In this document: piece after piece, positions 46,660 through 64,000 of the stretch | Numbering within the stretch: position 1 is the first letter of the stretch | How the letters are laid out: each line of letters starts with the position of its first letter | Source of the DNA: the human T2T-CHM13v2.0 reference genome, Homo sapiens | Strand: one strand, 5' to 3' | Assembly: GCF_009914755.1 (NCBI RefSeq) | Contig: NC_060928.1 | Length of the DNA stretch: 64,000 nucleotides | Position numbers and translations under genes: made by a program | The notes under the pieces: model-generated | Told to the model about the DNA's origin: nothing | The model's input: only the letters and a program-made list of their open reading frames with translations | The model's database searches: none

Positions 46660-48530
46660 ATAGATTTCACAAAACTTTGGAAAACAAAAAGCTGATAGAA
46701 GAGTGGTAAATGATGCAGCACCTCAGAGAAGACCTTAGCTTAGAGTGATTGAAGAAAGAGTTCGGAAAAAAAAGGAAGCAACATATCCTGCAGAACCCCA
46801 GATGGGAAGCTAATGTTGGGAGTGGTAATGAGGCAATGGGCTGAAACCATGGGATTAGTTGAAAGTCTGCATATAATCATCTTAAGCCCATGCCCACAAC
46901 ATCACACCCCACTTCCGATGGAATGGTAATCAGATATCTCATTCTTAGACATGAAAATGAAGGTATTTTCATTCTAGAGAAAATGAGGAAGGCTAGAGGA
47001 ACAAATGCTTGGTGTTCTTACATTCTGTGAGTCCCATGGCTCTCTGTGTGATCACTAATAGGTAGGAATGCCAATTGAAAATAAAATCAAACACAGAGGT
47101 CACAGTCAGTTTTTAATGGACAATTGAACTGTGAATTAACATGTTTTAAAAAAAGAATACCACAATATGAAAGACAAGATAAACAGAACAAAAATTCCCA
47201 CAAGAGAAACTGAGGAGATAGGAGAATAATAATAGCAATAACAAGTAATAATATCCTACAATTTGTATCACCCAACAAATTAAATTTTATTAATCATGCT
47301 GCCATGGAAAATAAGCAATTGGAGAAAAGAGAGAGTTCTTGGAAATTAAATATGTGAGTGCCTAAAATATGCAAAAAATTGAGAAAATAAAGTTAAGGAC
47401 ATTTTTCAAAAAAGACAATTCTAAGAGGTCTAACATCTGACTGAATAGGAGTTACAGGAAAAAAAATCAAACCAAAACAAAACAAAGACTTGCTGGAGGA
47501 GTTAAAGAACCATAAAGCTCTGCATTGAAAGGGCAAACTGAATCTCTAGCAAAATAATTTTCAAAAATACTGACAGAAAATCACATTATAAAATTTTAGA
47601 ATTCCAAACGTAAAATGAAGACTCTAAAAGCTCCCAGAGAGTAAAAGGAAGCAACTGGAAAGAAACAAGTTTCTGAATAGCTTCAGACTTCTCATCCACA
47701 ACACTGGATGCTCAAAGGCGATGTAAAACTTCTACAAAATTCCTGGAAAAAATTCTAGGTTGCTCTTTCCATCTAGAGCTTATGGTTCTTTAACTATGAT
47801 ATCTATATTTATTACTATATCTATCCATTTATCTATATATCTAGATACGCCCTTTTCTTTAAATAGCATCCTGCTCCCAATTCTCTTGGTTTCTTTCCTG
47901 GAATATGTATTAATTAAAAGTTAGATATCCTAAGTTTGTCTCTTAAATTTTTTTCTTCTATTTTAGAGCTCTTTACCTATTTCTATATCCTAACAAACCA
48001 TCAGTCATAAGTGTGGATTGAATAAAGATATTTTTAAACATGTGTGGTTGCATATGCTGCTTGCCTTTTGTGTACGCTTTGGTACTTAAGGATGTGGTAA
48101 TCCTTATACCCAGGAGTACACCTGATACCCAGGAAAAGACCTATGACCCAGGTCTTTTTTTTTTTTTTTTTTTTAACAGCAAAATGTCTCTGATAAAACT
48201 CTGCTGGGAAATGTAATCATTTTATAAGAAAATCCTCTAATAAAAGGTAAAATAACAACTTTGGGAGACAAAAGTTTTATCAGGAAAGAAATGTGATCTA
48301 AGGTCACTACTTGGCACTGAGGAATCACGTATTTCTTCTTAATAATGCAAATAGTGTTCATTTATTCACCTAAAATTAAAGCATATGATTACTTTGTAAG
48401 GATTAGCAAGAAGCTGGAAGGTGGTCTAAGAGATTAAATCCTCAATATCCTATCAGGAAGCAGAGAATGCAATATGTATAGGTACATTATTTAGCAACAT
48501 GAAGGGAACAAACAGAAAATAGTTTAAAAT
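46660..48530 (+). mobile_element. HAL1/L1M ORF1-like fossil with an internal inverted copy (47751-47975)
   Basis: gaggtctaacatctgactgaataggagtt, cagacttctcatccacaacactggatgc and gaataaagatatttttaaacatg ORF1-like motifs. Confidence 0.55.
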
Positions 48531-48541
48531 AGTTGCTTGTT

Positions 48542-48959
<418 letters not shown>

Positions 48960-49269
48960 TTAATAAATATTTTAAATATATTTAAATAAATAGATTCAAA
49001 GCATGAGATGACAGATGTGTTGCAATTATAACCACCTTCAACTTGGTGATCAAACTAAATGAAGGCTAAGACATTCAACACTGAGAGAGAGCCTACTTCT
49101 TAGTCTTATTTGTCATATCTATAATTTTTCTTAGAGCAATTTACAACCAAAGAAGAAAAAGGTACAGAGAGTTCATGTTTACTCTGAGAAAGCATTGGCT
49201 TTTATACTCAATTTCTGCCTATAGTGGCATTCCAGTACAGCACAAATGAAAGAAAACTAATAACTAAAA

Positions 49270-49284
49270 ATATTTTTAAATGTG

Positions 49285-49315
<31 letters not shown>

Positions 49316-49790
49316 GAATATTATTCAGCTTTAAAAAAGAAGAAAATTCTTTTATTTGCAACAACATGAATGTACCTTGAAGACATCATGTTACACAAAA
49401 TAAGCCAGGCACAGAAAGATAAATACCTGATGACCTCACTTATATATGCAATCTTAAAAAATCAAACTCATAAAAGTAGAGAGCAGAATGGTGGTTACCA
49501 CGGGCTGGGGGAGTTGAAGGAGAATGGGAAGATGTTGTCAAAGGGTAAAAAGTTTCAGTAAGACAGGAGGAATTAATTCTGGAGATCTATTGTATAACAT
49601 GGTGACTACAGTTAATAACAATATACTGTGTGCTTGAAAATGCTAAGAGGGTAGATTATAAATGTCTTCACCACAAAGAAAATGTGAAGTGATGGGTATG
49701 TGAATTAACTTGATTTAATCATTCCACAATGTATACATATATCAAAACATCACGTTGAACTCCATAATTTTATACAATAAAAAAAATAAG
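49270..49790 (+). mobile_element. L1MA7-9-type 3' end with (TA)n
   Basis: ataagccaggcacagaaagataaatac...cattccacaatgtatacatatatcaaaacatcac. Confidence 0.85.
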
Positions 49791-50399
49791 AACTCTTCAG
49801 AGTCACATTGCCAGTGTAACACTTCCAAGTGCTACTAGTAAAATTCCTCTTTTGTACGAATCAGGAAATTGCTTGAATATGGGAGGGTGAAGACTTGGTC
49901 TCTTTGAGGATTGTGATTGTGGCGTGATGACTTCTAGGAGCTCAAAAAAACCTGTATTTAATTGAGTTGAATGTGAGTAAAGGTCCTGGCAATGTTTTAT
50001 TCTAGAATATAAAACAAGCAGTAGCAAGAATAGCAGACAAATCTCTCTTATTTTAAAATCTGCCTATTTCCCCTTCATTTCATCTTATTTCTTTGTGCCC
50101 TAAATATTCTTAACTTGACAATCACATATCTATTGTAAATTTTAAACACCTATTCTTTAGAAAGAAGCAGAAATATATTATTGGATTTTTGTATTTAATT
50201 TTGAAAATGTATTTTTTCTATGGCAACAAATTTTTAAATTTTACCTTAATAAATTCTCCATGTGTAGTTTCTATTAACTATGTGTGTCCACAATGCAAAA
50301 TTTAGTGAGCCAAATCTCAAAATGTGCTCATGAACATTGCCTAACATACTGGTTCCTTCTGTGATGGAGAACTAATTAAAGAGTGTGTTTAAATACCTC

Positions 50400-51580
<1,181 letters not shown>

Positions 51581-52235
51581 GGTGTGAAAAACTTTTAAGA
51601 AAGTTCCAACTTTTCTGTTATAAATAACATTTTATGTTCTAATAAATCTAGATTTTGAACTAGGTTTTGGCAAGTTATGAACATTCACATGCAGAAGATT
51701 CACTATTGTTTTTCATTCACAAGGCTTGCCAATGACAAACTGTGTTTTAGTCTCATGATAAACTGTTTCTTAGTCTTGTAATAGTACAAAACTACGCTGA
51801 AATGTTATATTTTGTTTGCCATAGAAACAAGGACAGAGAGACATATCTATTAAAGATTAGGATGATGAATTACATTTCTTTTCTTATGATAATGCTGTTT
51901 TTAAGGGCTTATAATTTTAAAATAGATCATCTCAATGACCCTAAAAAGCCTTTTTTCCAATATATTTATTCAAACGCTTAACCATTTTTCCCCAATTATC
52001 AGTGTTCACTTGTTTTAAATTCTTCTCAAATAGCAACATTTGCTAAACTTTGGTGGCAAATGTTGATCCACATAGTGGTTTTTAATGTTTATTCTTCCTA
52101 AGGATAATATTTTTCTCTCCTATTCTTTCACCCTTCCCTTCTGTCATTGTATTTCTTCACTAGTTTGCTTAAATGATATTGGTGCACCATGATCACAGGA
52201 AAAGCACATTGACTTAAAAAAGTACAAGATAGCCT

Positions 52236-52700
52236 TGCAGTGGATTGAAAGGTGGCTTCCCCCAAAAGATGTGTTCATGTCAACTCCCTGGAACTTTAAA
52301 TGTCACCTTATTTGGGGGAGAAAAAAAAAGTCTTTCCAGATGTAATTAAATTGAGGACCTTGAGATAAGCTAATCTTCCCAGATTATCTGGGCTCTAAAT
52401 CCAATGAGAAATGCCCTTCTAAAAGACACAGACAAGAGCTACACACAGACGGAAGAGCAAAAGGCAGTGTGACCACATAGGCAGAGATTAGAGTGATGCA
52501 GCCAAGAAATACCAAGGAATGCTGACAGCCACTGCAAGCTGAAAAACATAAAGAATAGAATCTCCTCAAGAGCCTCTAGAAGAATTGTGGCCCTTGAGCT
52601 CAGACTTCTGGTCTCCAGAAACATGAGAGAATAAATTTCTGTTGTTTTAAGTCATCCAATTTGCAGTAATTTGTTACAGCAGCCGCAGGAAACTAATACA
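52236..52700 (+). mobile_element. MLT1C-type solo LTR
   Basis: tgcagtggattgaaaggtggc...gcagccgcaggaaactaataca. Confidence 0.88.
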
Positions 52701-52809
52701 AGCACTAACGTTGAAAATCTCACCCGTTAAAATGGAATCTTCCTAATTCTGGAAACATAATTAGAATTACTTTAATTAATTTGATTATTTCTCTCTGGGC
52801 AATGCGTGG

Positions 52810-53065
52810 TATTCAATACAGTGGTAAAAGAATACATGCTGGAGTATAAAACTACCTTAATTCAAGCTCCAACTCCAGCTCTTACTACCTGGCTTACTTA
52901 GGACAATTATATTAGCTTTTCTGAGACTCGGCCTCGTCATCTAAAAAACGATGATAATAATGGTACCTACTTCATAAGGGTTGTTGTAAAGATTAAATGA
53001 GTTATATATTTAAATTGCTTAGATCTTTCTAATAACCTGGCACATACACATAACTAAGTGTTCAC
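52810..53065 (+). mobile_element. MIR, near full length
   Basis: catctaaaaaacgatgataataatggtacctacttcataagggttgttgtaaagattaaatgag core. Confidence 0.85.
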
Positions 53066-53107
53066 TGTAATAAGCATTTTTACATTTGTAAACAATTCCA
53101 TATATAC

Positions 53108-53524
53108 TGTATGGATTTTCTAGGGTCGTTATAAAAAAGTACCACAAACTGAGTGGCTTAAAAACAGAAATGTATTGTCTCACAGTTTTGAAAGGTAAAA
53201 ATCTGAAATCAAGAGGTCAGCAGTTTTGTTGCTATCGAGGGCTGTGAGGGCAAGATCTGTTCCAGGCTTCTCTCATTGGCTTACAGATGGCCATCTTCTC
53301 CTGTGTCTCTTTTCATCTTCCCTCTTTGTATGTCCATCTCTGTCTGTACATTTCCCCTTTTTGTAAAGACAACAGTTACACTGCATTAGAACCCACCCTA
53401 GAGATCTCTTTTTAACTTGATTACCCTGTAAAGGTCCTATCTCCAAATGAGGTCACACTCTGTGATACTGGGGACTATGATTCCAACATGTCATTTCTGG
53501 GGCAATAAAATTCAATTGATAACA
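53108..53524 (-). mobile_element. MLT1B-type solo LTR
   Basis: tgtatgg...taccacaaactgagtggcttaaaaacagaaatgtattgtctcacag...aattcaattgataaca. Confidence 0.85.
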
Positions 53525-55184
53525 TAACTCCAGAATTCCACTCCAGTATATACTCCCCTCTTTGGCTTCCCTTGCCTTATATTCTTACCAAATGGAAATG
53601 CATGGCATAATATTTAGAAATAGGAAGCTTGAACTGAAAAAATACTACATATGTTAGTGGGAGAAAGGTGAGGCAATTGTATGAAGGAGTTGGTAAATTG
53701 TGGGTCAATAAAAATGGAGTTTGCTATTCACCTTATTCGTATATGTTTACTTTTTCTTTAAAAAGTAGAATTAAAAAGAGAAGCCTCCCATAATTATTTT
53801 TCTCTTTAGAATTTCTTCAAGAAATTTTTTGAAAATGTTGTTTAATATCACCCACAAGAAGCAGTTTTAGAAACATAGCTTTTTAAGGAAAAAATTTTAT
53901 AAGCAATAAAAAGCAAAACGTATATTTCATTTTTTTTCTACCTTAGCACAAAAGGCTATATTTCAGACCAATAAAAATAGCAATTTCCAACTTCCATATA
54001 TAATTTGTCAGGCATATAAAGAGAGATCTCTGGGAAAGATAGATATGATAAAATGCTCTTCTGTAAAACCCAGGTTGAAAAGTACTCTTGTTCATTCCAA
54101 GAGAAGTTGGAAAATTATTCAAAGAAACATGTAGCAAAAATAATTCACCCCTATTAAGGGGTAAATTAGATACTTTAATAAGTGTTCAACCAGTACATTT
54201 TTGTCCTTTAACCTCACTCAACAGCTTGACTCCCATATATATATATATATATATAGCTAGTATTTACAAAAGCTTTGGAGACAAAGAAATGCTCTAATCT
54301 CTATTAAGGTATTTCCCTCTGTGAACAAGTGTCTTACAGTAATTCCAGCTGAAACAGCCAAAACTCCACACCTTATGACTAAACATCAATACATATATTT
54401 TTAACAAATATTTATTTTTAAATTGTCTTTGAGCTCCTACTATGTGCAAGACCTCACATTATTAAAAGGGCACAAAGTTTTTCTTTTTCCAACACATGAA
54501 TAAAAAGTTTGTTTTTTAAATATTTGGTAGAGTATCCAGCCTCAATGATTTATTTAGCAAGTTAGCATAGTACAGTAATTGGCATTCTTACTGACTGATC
54601 AAAAAAGCACGGGTGAAAAATTAAAATCATCTAAGGCTCGTGAGACTGGGGCAGTAGACAGCTGCTTAACTAAAATCGTCATTCTCTAGCCTCCAGAGAC
54701 CTTATGTAGGATGTCTACACAGTGGAGTCCCTCTCACTAAAAATCTTTCCTATTGAAAGCTATACTCAGTGGCCAGCACTATGAAAGTTATTTGTTTAAT
54801 TATAATGTGTTATAAAATCTCCAGGGTTTATTAAAATTCATGTCTTATACAAGAAGCATTTACCACCAGGAACCGATAGGGACTCAATGAAAATAGGCAC
54901 TACTAAAATAAATTTATAATTTTCTTGGCATTGGTCATTATATTTGTAGATCAGGGAATTCAAAAATGTAATGCATCTCAATTTAAAAAATATGTTGAAC
55001 AAATGCCTTAATATGGGGGAAATTAAAAAATATATATTGGATAATAGTATAGTTGGTTGAACTAGCTAAACAACTATGTATAGAAAGACAGTCAATTAGA
55101 GGAATGAGGCTAGCTCTGATGTGGAAAAGAAGAAGTCTTTGATGACAGTCTACTGGATTCTCCACTAAGCCTTGTTCTTGTTAA

Positions 55185-55526
<342 letters not shown>

Positions 55527-56019
55527 TAACTCAAATTTGAAGACAGCAAACAGTTTGAAAAGATAGCCAATAACCTGGAAAACAGGATAAAGACTCAAAT
55601 ATTGGAGATTTATACCTGAGTACACTAAATAAGAATAAAATATGTGTAGTTCCCTTTAAATTGTAAAGGCTGTGAACAAGATTGTTGTTATTATTGCATG
55701 AACAAATAAATGCATGCCATATTAGACTGCATCAATGAGTACTGGGTATCTTCAGAGATTTGTATTCATCCAGAATAGGTGTAGCGGATGAGTTTTTTTC
55801 AGTGGCATATGGACTTGATACTATGTCCTAAAAAACAGTTGAAGTGAGTTATACCCTGGAGAAGTAAAGATAGTACCAATCTGCCTTTATAAAATTAAAG
55901 ATTTTAAATAGATGAGGCAACTGACTTTTTTCTTTGTGGACCTGAGAAGAGAATTACAAATAGACTTCAACTTGATATCAAGAAGATCTTTCTATGTGTC
56001 AAAATCTATAATTTACATG

Positions 56020-56115
56020 GCAGTAGTATCTATTTGTGTCTTGTTCATCTCTGTATGCCAAATGCCTAAAAAATGCCTGGTACATGAAAAGTGCTCAGTA
56101 AATATTATTGAGTGA
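56020..56115 (+). mobile_element. L2 3' end
   Basis: tcttgttcatctctgtatgccaaatgcctaaaaaatgcctggtacatgaaaagtgctcagtaaatatt. Confidence 0.7.
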
Positions 56116-56207
56116 GAATTTAGTAAGTTCCATGTCTGTAGGATCTAAAGTATAGATTAGATAATCCCCTAGCAGAACATTTGTGCACTCAGTTAATAAG
56201 GGATAGA

Positions 56208-56345
56208 GTGACTGTTTTCCTATTTTTATTTTTTGTTTTCTTTTTAGCAGCTGACACTTTTTTTCATAAGAATTCTTACATAAAAACCCAAGATATAAAA
56301 CAGATAATATCAGAGAAACTTTCTTGAACGGAGTGTACGTTGTAG
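56208..56345 (+). mobile_element. Old DNA-transposon-like repeat (MamRep38-like) 5' part
   Basis: tttttagcagctgacacttttttc...aattcttacataaaaacccaagatataaaacagataa resembles the remembered MamRep38 consensus. Confidence 0.45.
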
Positions 56346-56425
56346 AAACCTAGACCTACAACATAGACCCAGTTCAACAAAGTTTCTCTGATTTTATCTG
56401 TTTTATATCTTAGGTTTTTATGTAA
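56276..56425. repeat. 150-bp inverted repeat (70-bp arms, 10-nt loop)
   Basis: Arms 56276-56345 and 56356-56425, 63/70 complementary, no gaps; partial third copy 56436-56459. Confidence 0.97.
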
Positions 56426-56959
56426 AAAAAAAAATTTATCTGTTTTATATCTTGGGTTTAACATCAGAATGTTATACAAACTTTCATTGCTGAATTCCTT
56501 CATAAGTAAAATGAAATAACATAGCTTATCGTTGATATTCCTTTTGAATCTAAAAACCCATAATGCAAATAAATATTTAAAATACAATGTATGTGAGATG
56601 TCATATTAGAAGTAAAAATGCGGAAAGTGACAGATGGTCGCTGAGTGCCTACAAGATACCAGACTTCATATTAGGTTATTTTTGTTTGATAATTTTAAGG
56701 TTTCAATTCAAGAAAGAATTACTTCTGATTAGGTTAAAAAGATGACTTCATGGAGGAGATTGAATTTGAGTTAAATCTAAAAAGGCTTCAATAAGTAAAA
56801 AAATGAAAGAGCATTATAGGCCATAAGCTTAATTTCTTTGTTTTTTTTTAATAGAACTATAATAAAGTAACTTTGTGACAAAATTCCAAAAATCTACAAA
56901 GGCATTACTTTTTATTCATTTAGAACAATTCTGAGTATCAAGAAAAAAATTGATATTAA

Positions 56960-57213
56960 AAACAAATCCCCCATCATTTGCAGTGGTAAAAATCAACAGC
57001 ATGTGCCTCCTGATGTAATCCACCAAGAAAAACATAACATCACTTTTTCACTTCCTGCCAGAAGCACATAACCTGAGTCTAATCATGAGAAAATACTGAC
57101 GAACTCAAATTGAGGGCTATTTAAAAACATAAGGAATCTGCATTATTTGAAAGTGTCAATGCCGTGAAACACAAAGAGTTAGAAACAGTTCCTGATTAAA
57201 AGAGACCAAATAA
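56960..57213 (+). mobile_element. L1MC-type 3'UTR fossil
   Basis: cataacctgagtctaatcatgagaaaa...caaattgaggg...gattaaaagagacca. Confidence 0.7.
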
Positions 57214-61734
<4,521 letters not shown>

Positions 61735-64000
61735 GAGGCAGTTCCAAGATGGCCGAATATGAACAGCTCCAGTCTACAGCTCCCAGTGTGAGTGACGCAG
61801 AAGACGGGTGATTTCTGCATTTCCAGCTGATGTACCGGGTTCATCTCACTGGGGCTTGTCGGACAGTGGGCACAGGACAGTGAGTGCAGTGCACCGAGGG
61901 TGAGCTGAAGCAGGGCAGGGCATGGCATCGCCTCACCCGGGAAGCACAAGGGGTCAGGGAATTCCCTTTCATAGCCAAGCAAAGCTGTGACAGACGGCAC
62001 CTGGAAAATCGGGTCACTCCCACCCTAATACTGTGCTTTTCCAATGGTCTTAGCAAACGGCACACCAGGAGATTATATCCCGTGCCTGGCTCAGAGGGTC
62101 CCATGCCCACAGAGCCTCGCTCATTGCTGACACAGCAGTCTGAGATTGAACTGCAAGGCAGAAGCAAGGATGGGGGAGGGGCGCTCACCATTGCTCAGGC
62201 TTGAGTAGGTAAACAAAGCTGCCAGGAAGCTTGAACTGGGGGCAGTCCACTGCAGCTCAAGGAGGCCTGCCTGCCTCTGTAGACTCCACCACTAGGGGAA
62301 GGGCATAGCTGAACAAAAGGCAGCAGAAACCTCTGCAGATTTAAATGTCCCTGTCTGACAGCCTTGAAGACAGTAGTGGTTCTCCCAGCACAGAGTTTGA
62401 GATCTGAGAACGGACAGACTGCCTCCTCAAGTGGGTCCCTAACCCCTGAGTAGCCTATCTGGGAGGTACCCCCCAGTAGGGGCAGACTGACACCTCACAC
62501 GGCTGGGTACCCCTCTGAGATAAAACCTCCAGAGGAACGATCAGGCAGCAGCATTTGCTGTTCAGCAATATTCGCTGTTCTGCAGCCTCCACTGCTGATA
62601 ACCAGGCAAAAAGTGTCTGGAGTGGACCTCCAGCAAACTCCAACAGACCTGCAGCTGAGGGTCCTGACTGTTAGAAGGAAAACTAACAAACAGAAGGGAC
62701 ATCCACACCAAAACCCCATCTGTACGTCACCATCATCAAAGACCAAAGGCAGATAAAACCACAAAGATGGGGAAAAAACAGAACAGAAAAACTGGAAATT
62801 CTAAAAATCAGAGCACCTGTCCTCCTCCAAAGGAATGCAGCTCCTCACCAGCAACAGAACAACACTGGATGGAAAATGACTTTGATGAGTTGAGAGAAGA
62901 AGGCTTCAGATGATCAAACTTCTCCGAGCTAAAGAAGGAAGTTCGAACCCATCCCAAAGAAGTTAAAAACCTTGAAATAAGATTAGATGAATGGCTAACT
63001 AGAATAACCAATGTAGAGAAGTCCTTAAAGGACCTGATGGAGCTGAAAACCATGGCACAAGAACTACGTGACAAATGCATAAGCTTCAGTAGCCCATTCG
63101 ATCAACTGGAAGAAAGGGTATCAGTGATTGAAGATAAAATGAATGAAATGAAGCAAGAAGAGAAGTTTAGAGAAAAAAGAATAAAAAGAAATGAACAAAG
63201 CCTCCAAGAAATATGGGACTACGTGAAAAGACCAAATCTACGTCTGACTGGTGTACCTGAAAGTGACAGGGAGAATGGAACCAAATTGGAAAACACTCTG
63301 CAGGATATTATCCAGGAGAACTTCCCCAACCTAGCAAAGCAGGCCAACATTCAAATTCAGGAAATACAGAGAACGCCACAAAGATACTCCTCGAGAAGAG
63401 CAACTCCAAGACACATAACTGTCAGATTCACCAAAGTTGAAATGAAGAAAAAAATGTTAAGGGCAGCCAGAGAGAAAGGTCAGGTTACCCACAAAGGGAA
63501 GTCCATCAGACTAACAGTCGATCTCTCGGCAGAAACACTACAAGCCAGAAGAGAGTGGGGGACAATATTCAACACTCTTAAATAAAAGAATTTTGAACCC
63601 AGAATTTCATATCCAGCCAAATTAAGCTTCATAAGTGAAGGAGAAATAAAATCCTTTACAGACAAGCAAATGCTGAGAGATTTTGTCACCACCAGGCCTG
63701 CCCCACAAGAGCTCCTGAAGGAAGCACTAAAAATGGAAAGGATCAACCAGTACCAGCCACTGCAAAAACATGCCAAATTGTAAAGACCATCAATGCTAGG
63801 AAGAAACTGCATCAACTAACAAGCAAAATAACCAGCTAACATCATAATGACAGGATCAAATTCACACATAACAATATTAACCTTAAATGTAAATGGGCTA
63901 AATGCTCCAATTAAAAGACACAGACTGGCAAATTGGATAAAGAGTCAAGACCCATCAGTGTGCTGTATTCAGGAAACCCATTTCATGTGCAGAGACATAC
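61735..64000 (+). mobile_element. L1PA5-like LINE-1 with complete 5'UTR, cut by the window end
   Basis: gttccaagatggccgaata YY1 start; inserted at a tt/aaagaag site of the older L1; ORF1 ATG 62767; ORF2 ATG 63847. Confidence 0.95.
62767..63783 (+). pseudogene. L1 ORF1p with premature stops
   Basis: MGKKQNRKTGNSKNQ start; TGA at ~62911 and TAA at ~63583; 182-aa open segment 63037-63585. Confidence 0.9.

Noticed and set aside
48134-48174. 9-bp hairpin (aaaagacct/aggtctttt) followed by a long T run, resembling an intrinsic terminator
   Set aside because: Eukaryotic repeat context; four of the nine stem pairs come from the A/T runs, so chance or micro fold-back is enough.

Overview
Primate (most likely human) AT-rich, repeat-dominated genomic DNA. 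I recognise no host protein-coding exon, RNA gene or CRISPR array, and almost every ORF in the track is a fragment of L1 ORF1/ORF2, Alu or LTR sequence. The first 27 kb is a nest of insertions into an old ERVL provirus: a near-full-length L1PB (-), a full-length L1PA6-like (+) carrying an AluY, a scrambled five-segment L1PA5-like insertion and a twin-primed (5'-inverted) L1PA4-like copy. The 27-57 kb part mixes old MaLR/L2/MIR/HAL1/hAT fossils, a solo LTR8 and Alus. The last 7 kb is an L1MA-type element interrupted by an Alu and an L1PA5-like element. I do not see a new protein-coding system. The most unusual signals are: (i) a 72-bp TG...CA HERV-L mini-insert with a 5-bp TSD, made of an LTR end fused to the integrase active-site segment; (ii) the scrambled L1; (iii) a 150-bp near-perfect hairpin; (iv) repeated local fold-back/inverted duplications from 12 bp to hundreds of bp. 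Subfamily names come from memory of consensus sequences and need RepeatMasker/Dfam confirmation, and boundaries of old repeats are approximate.
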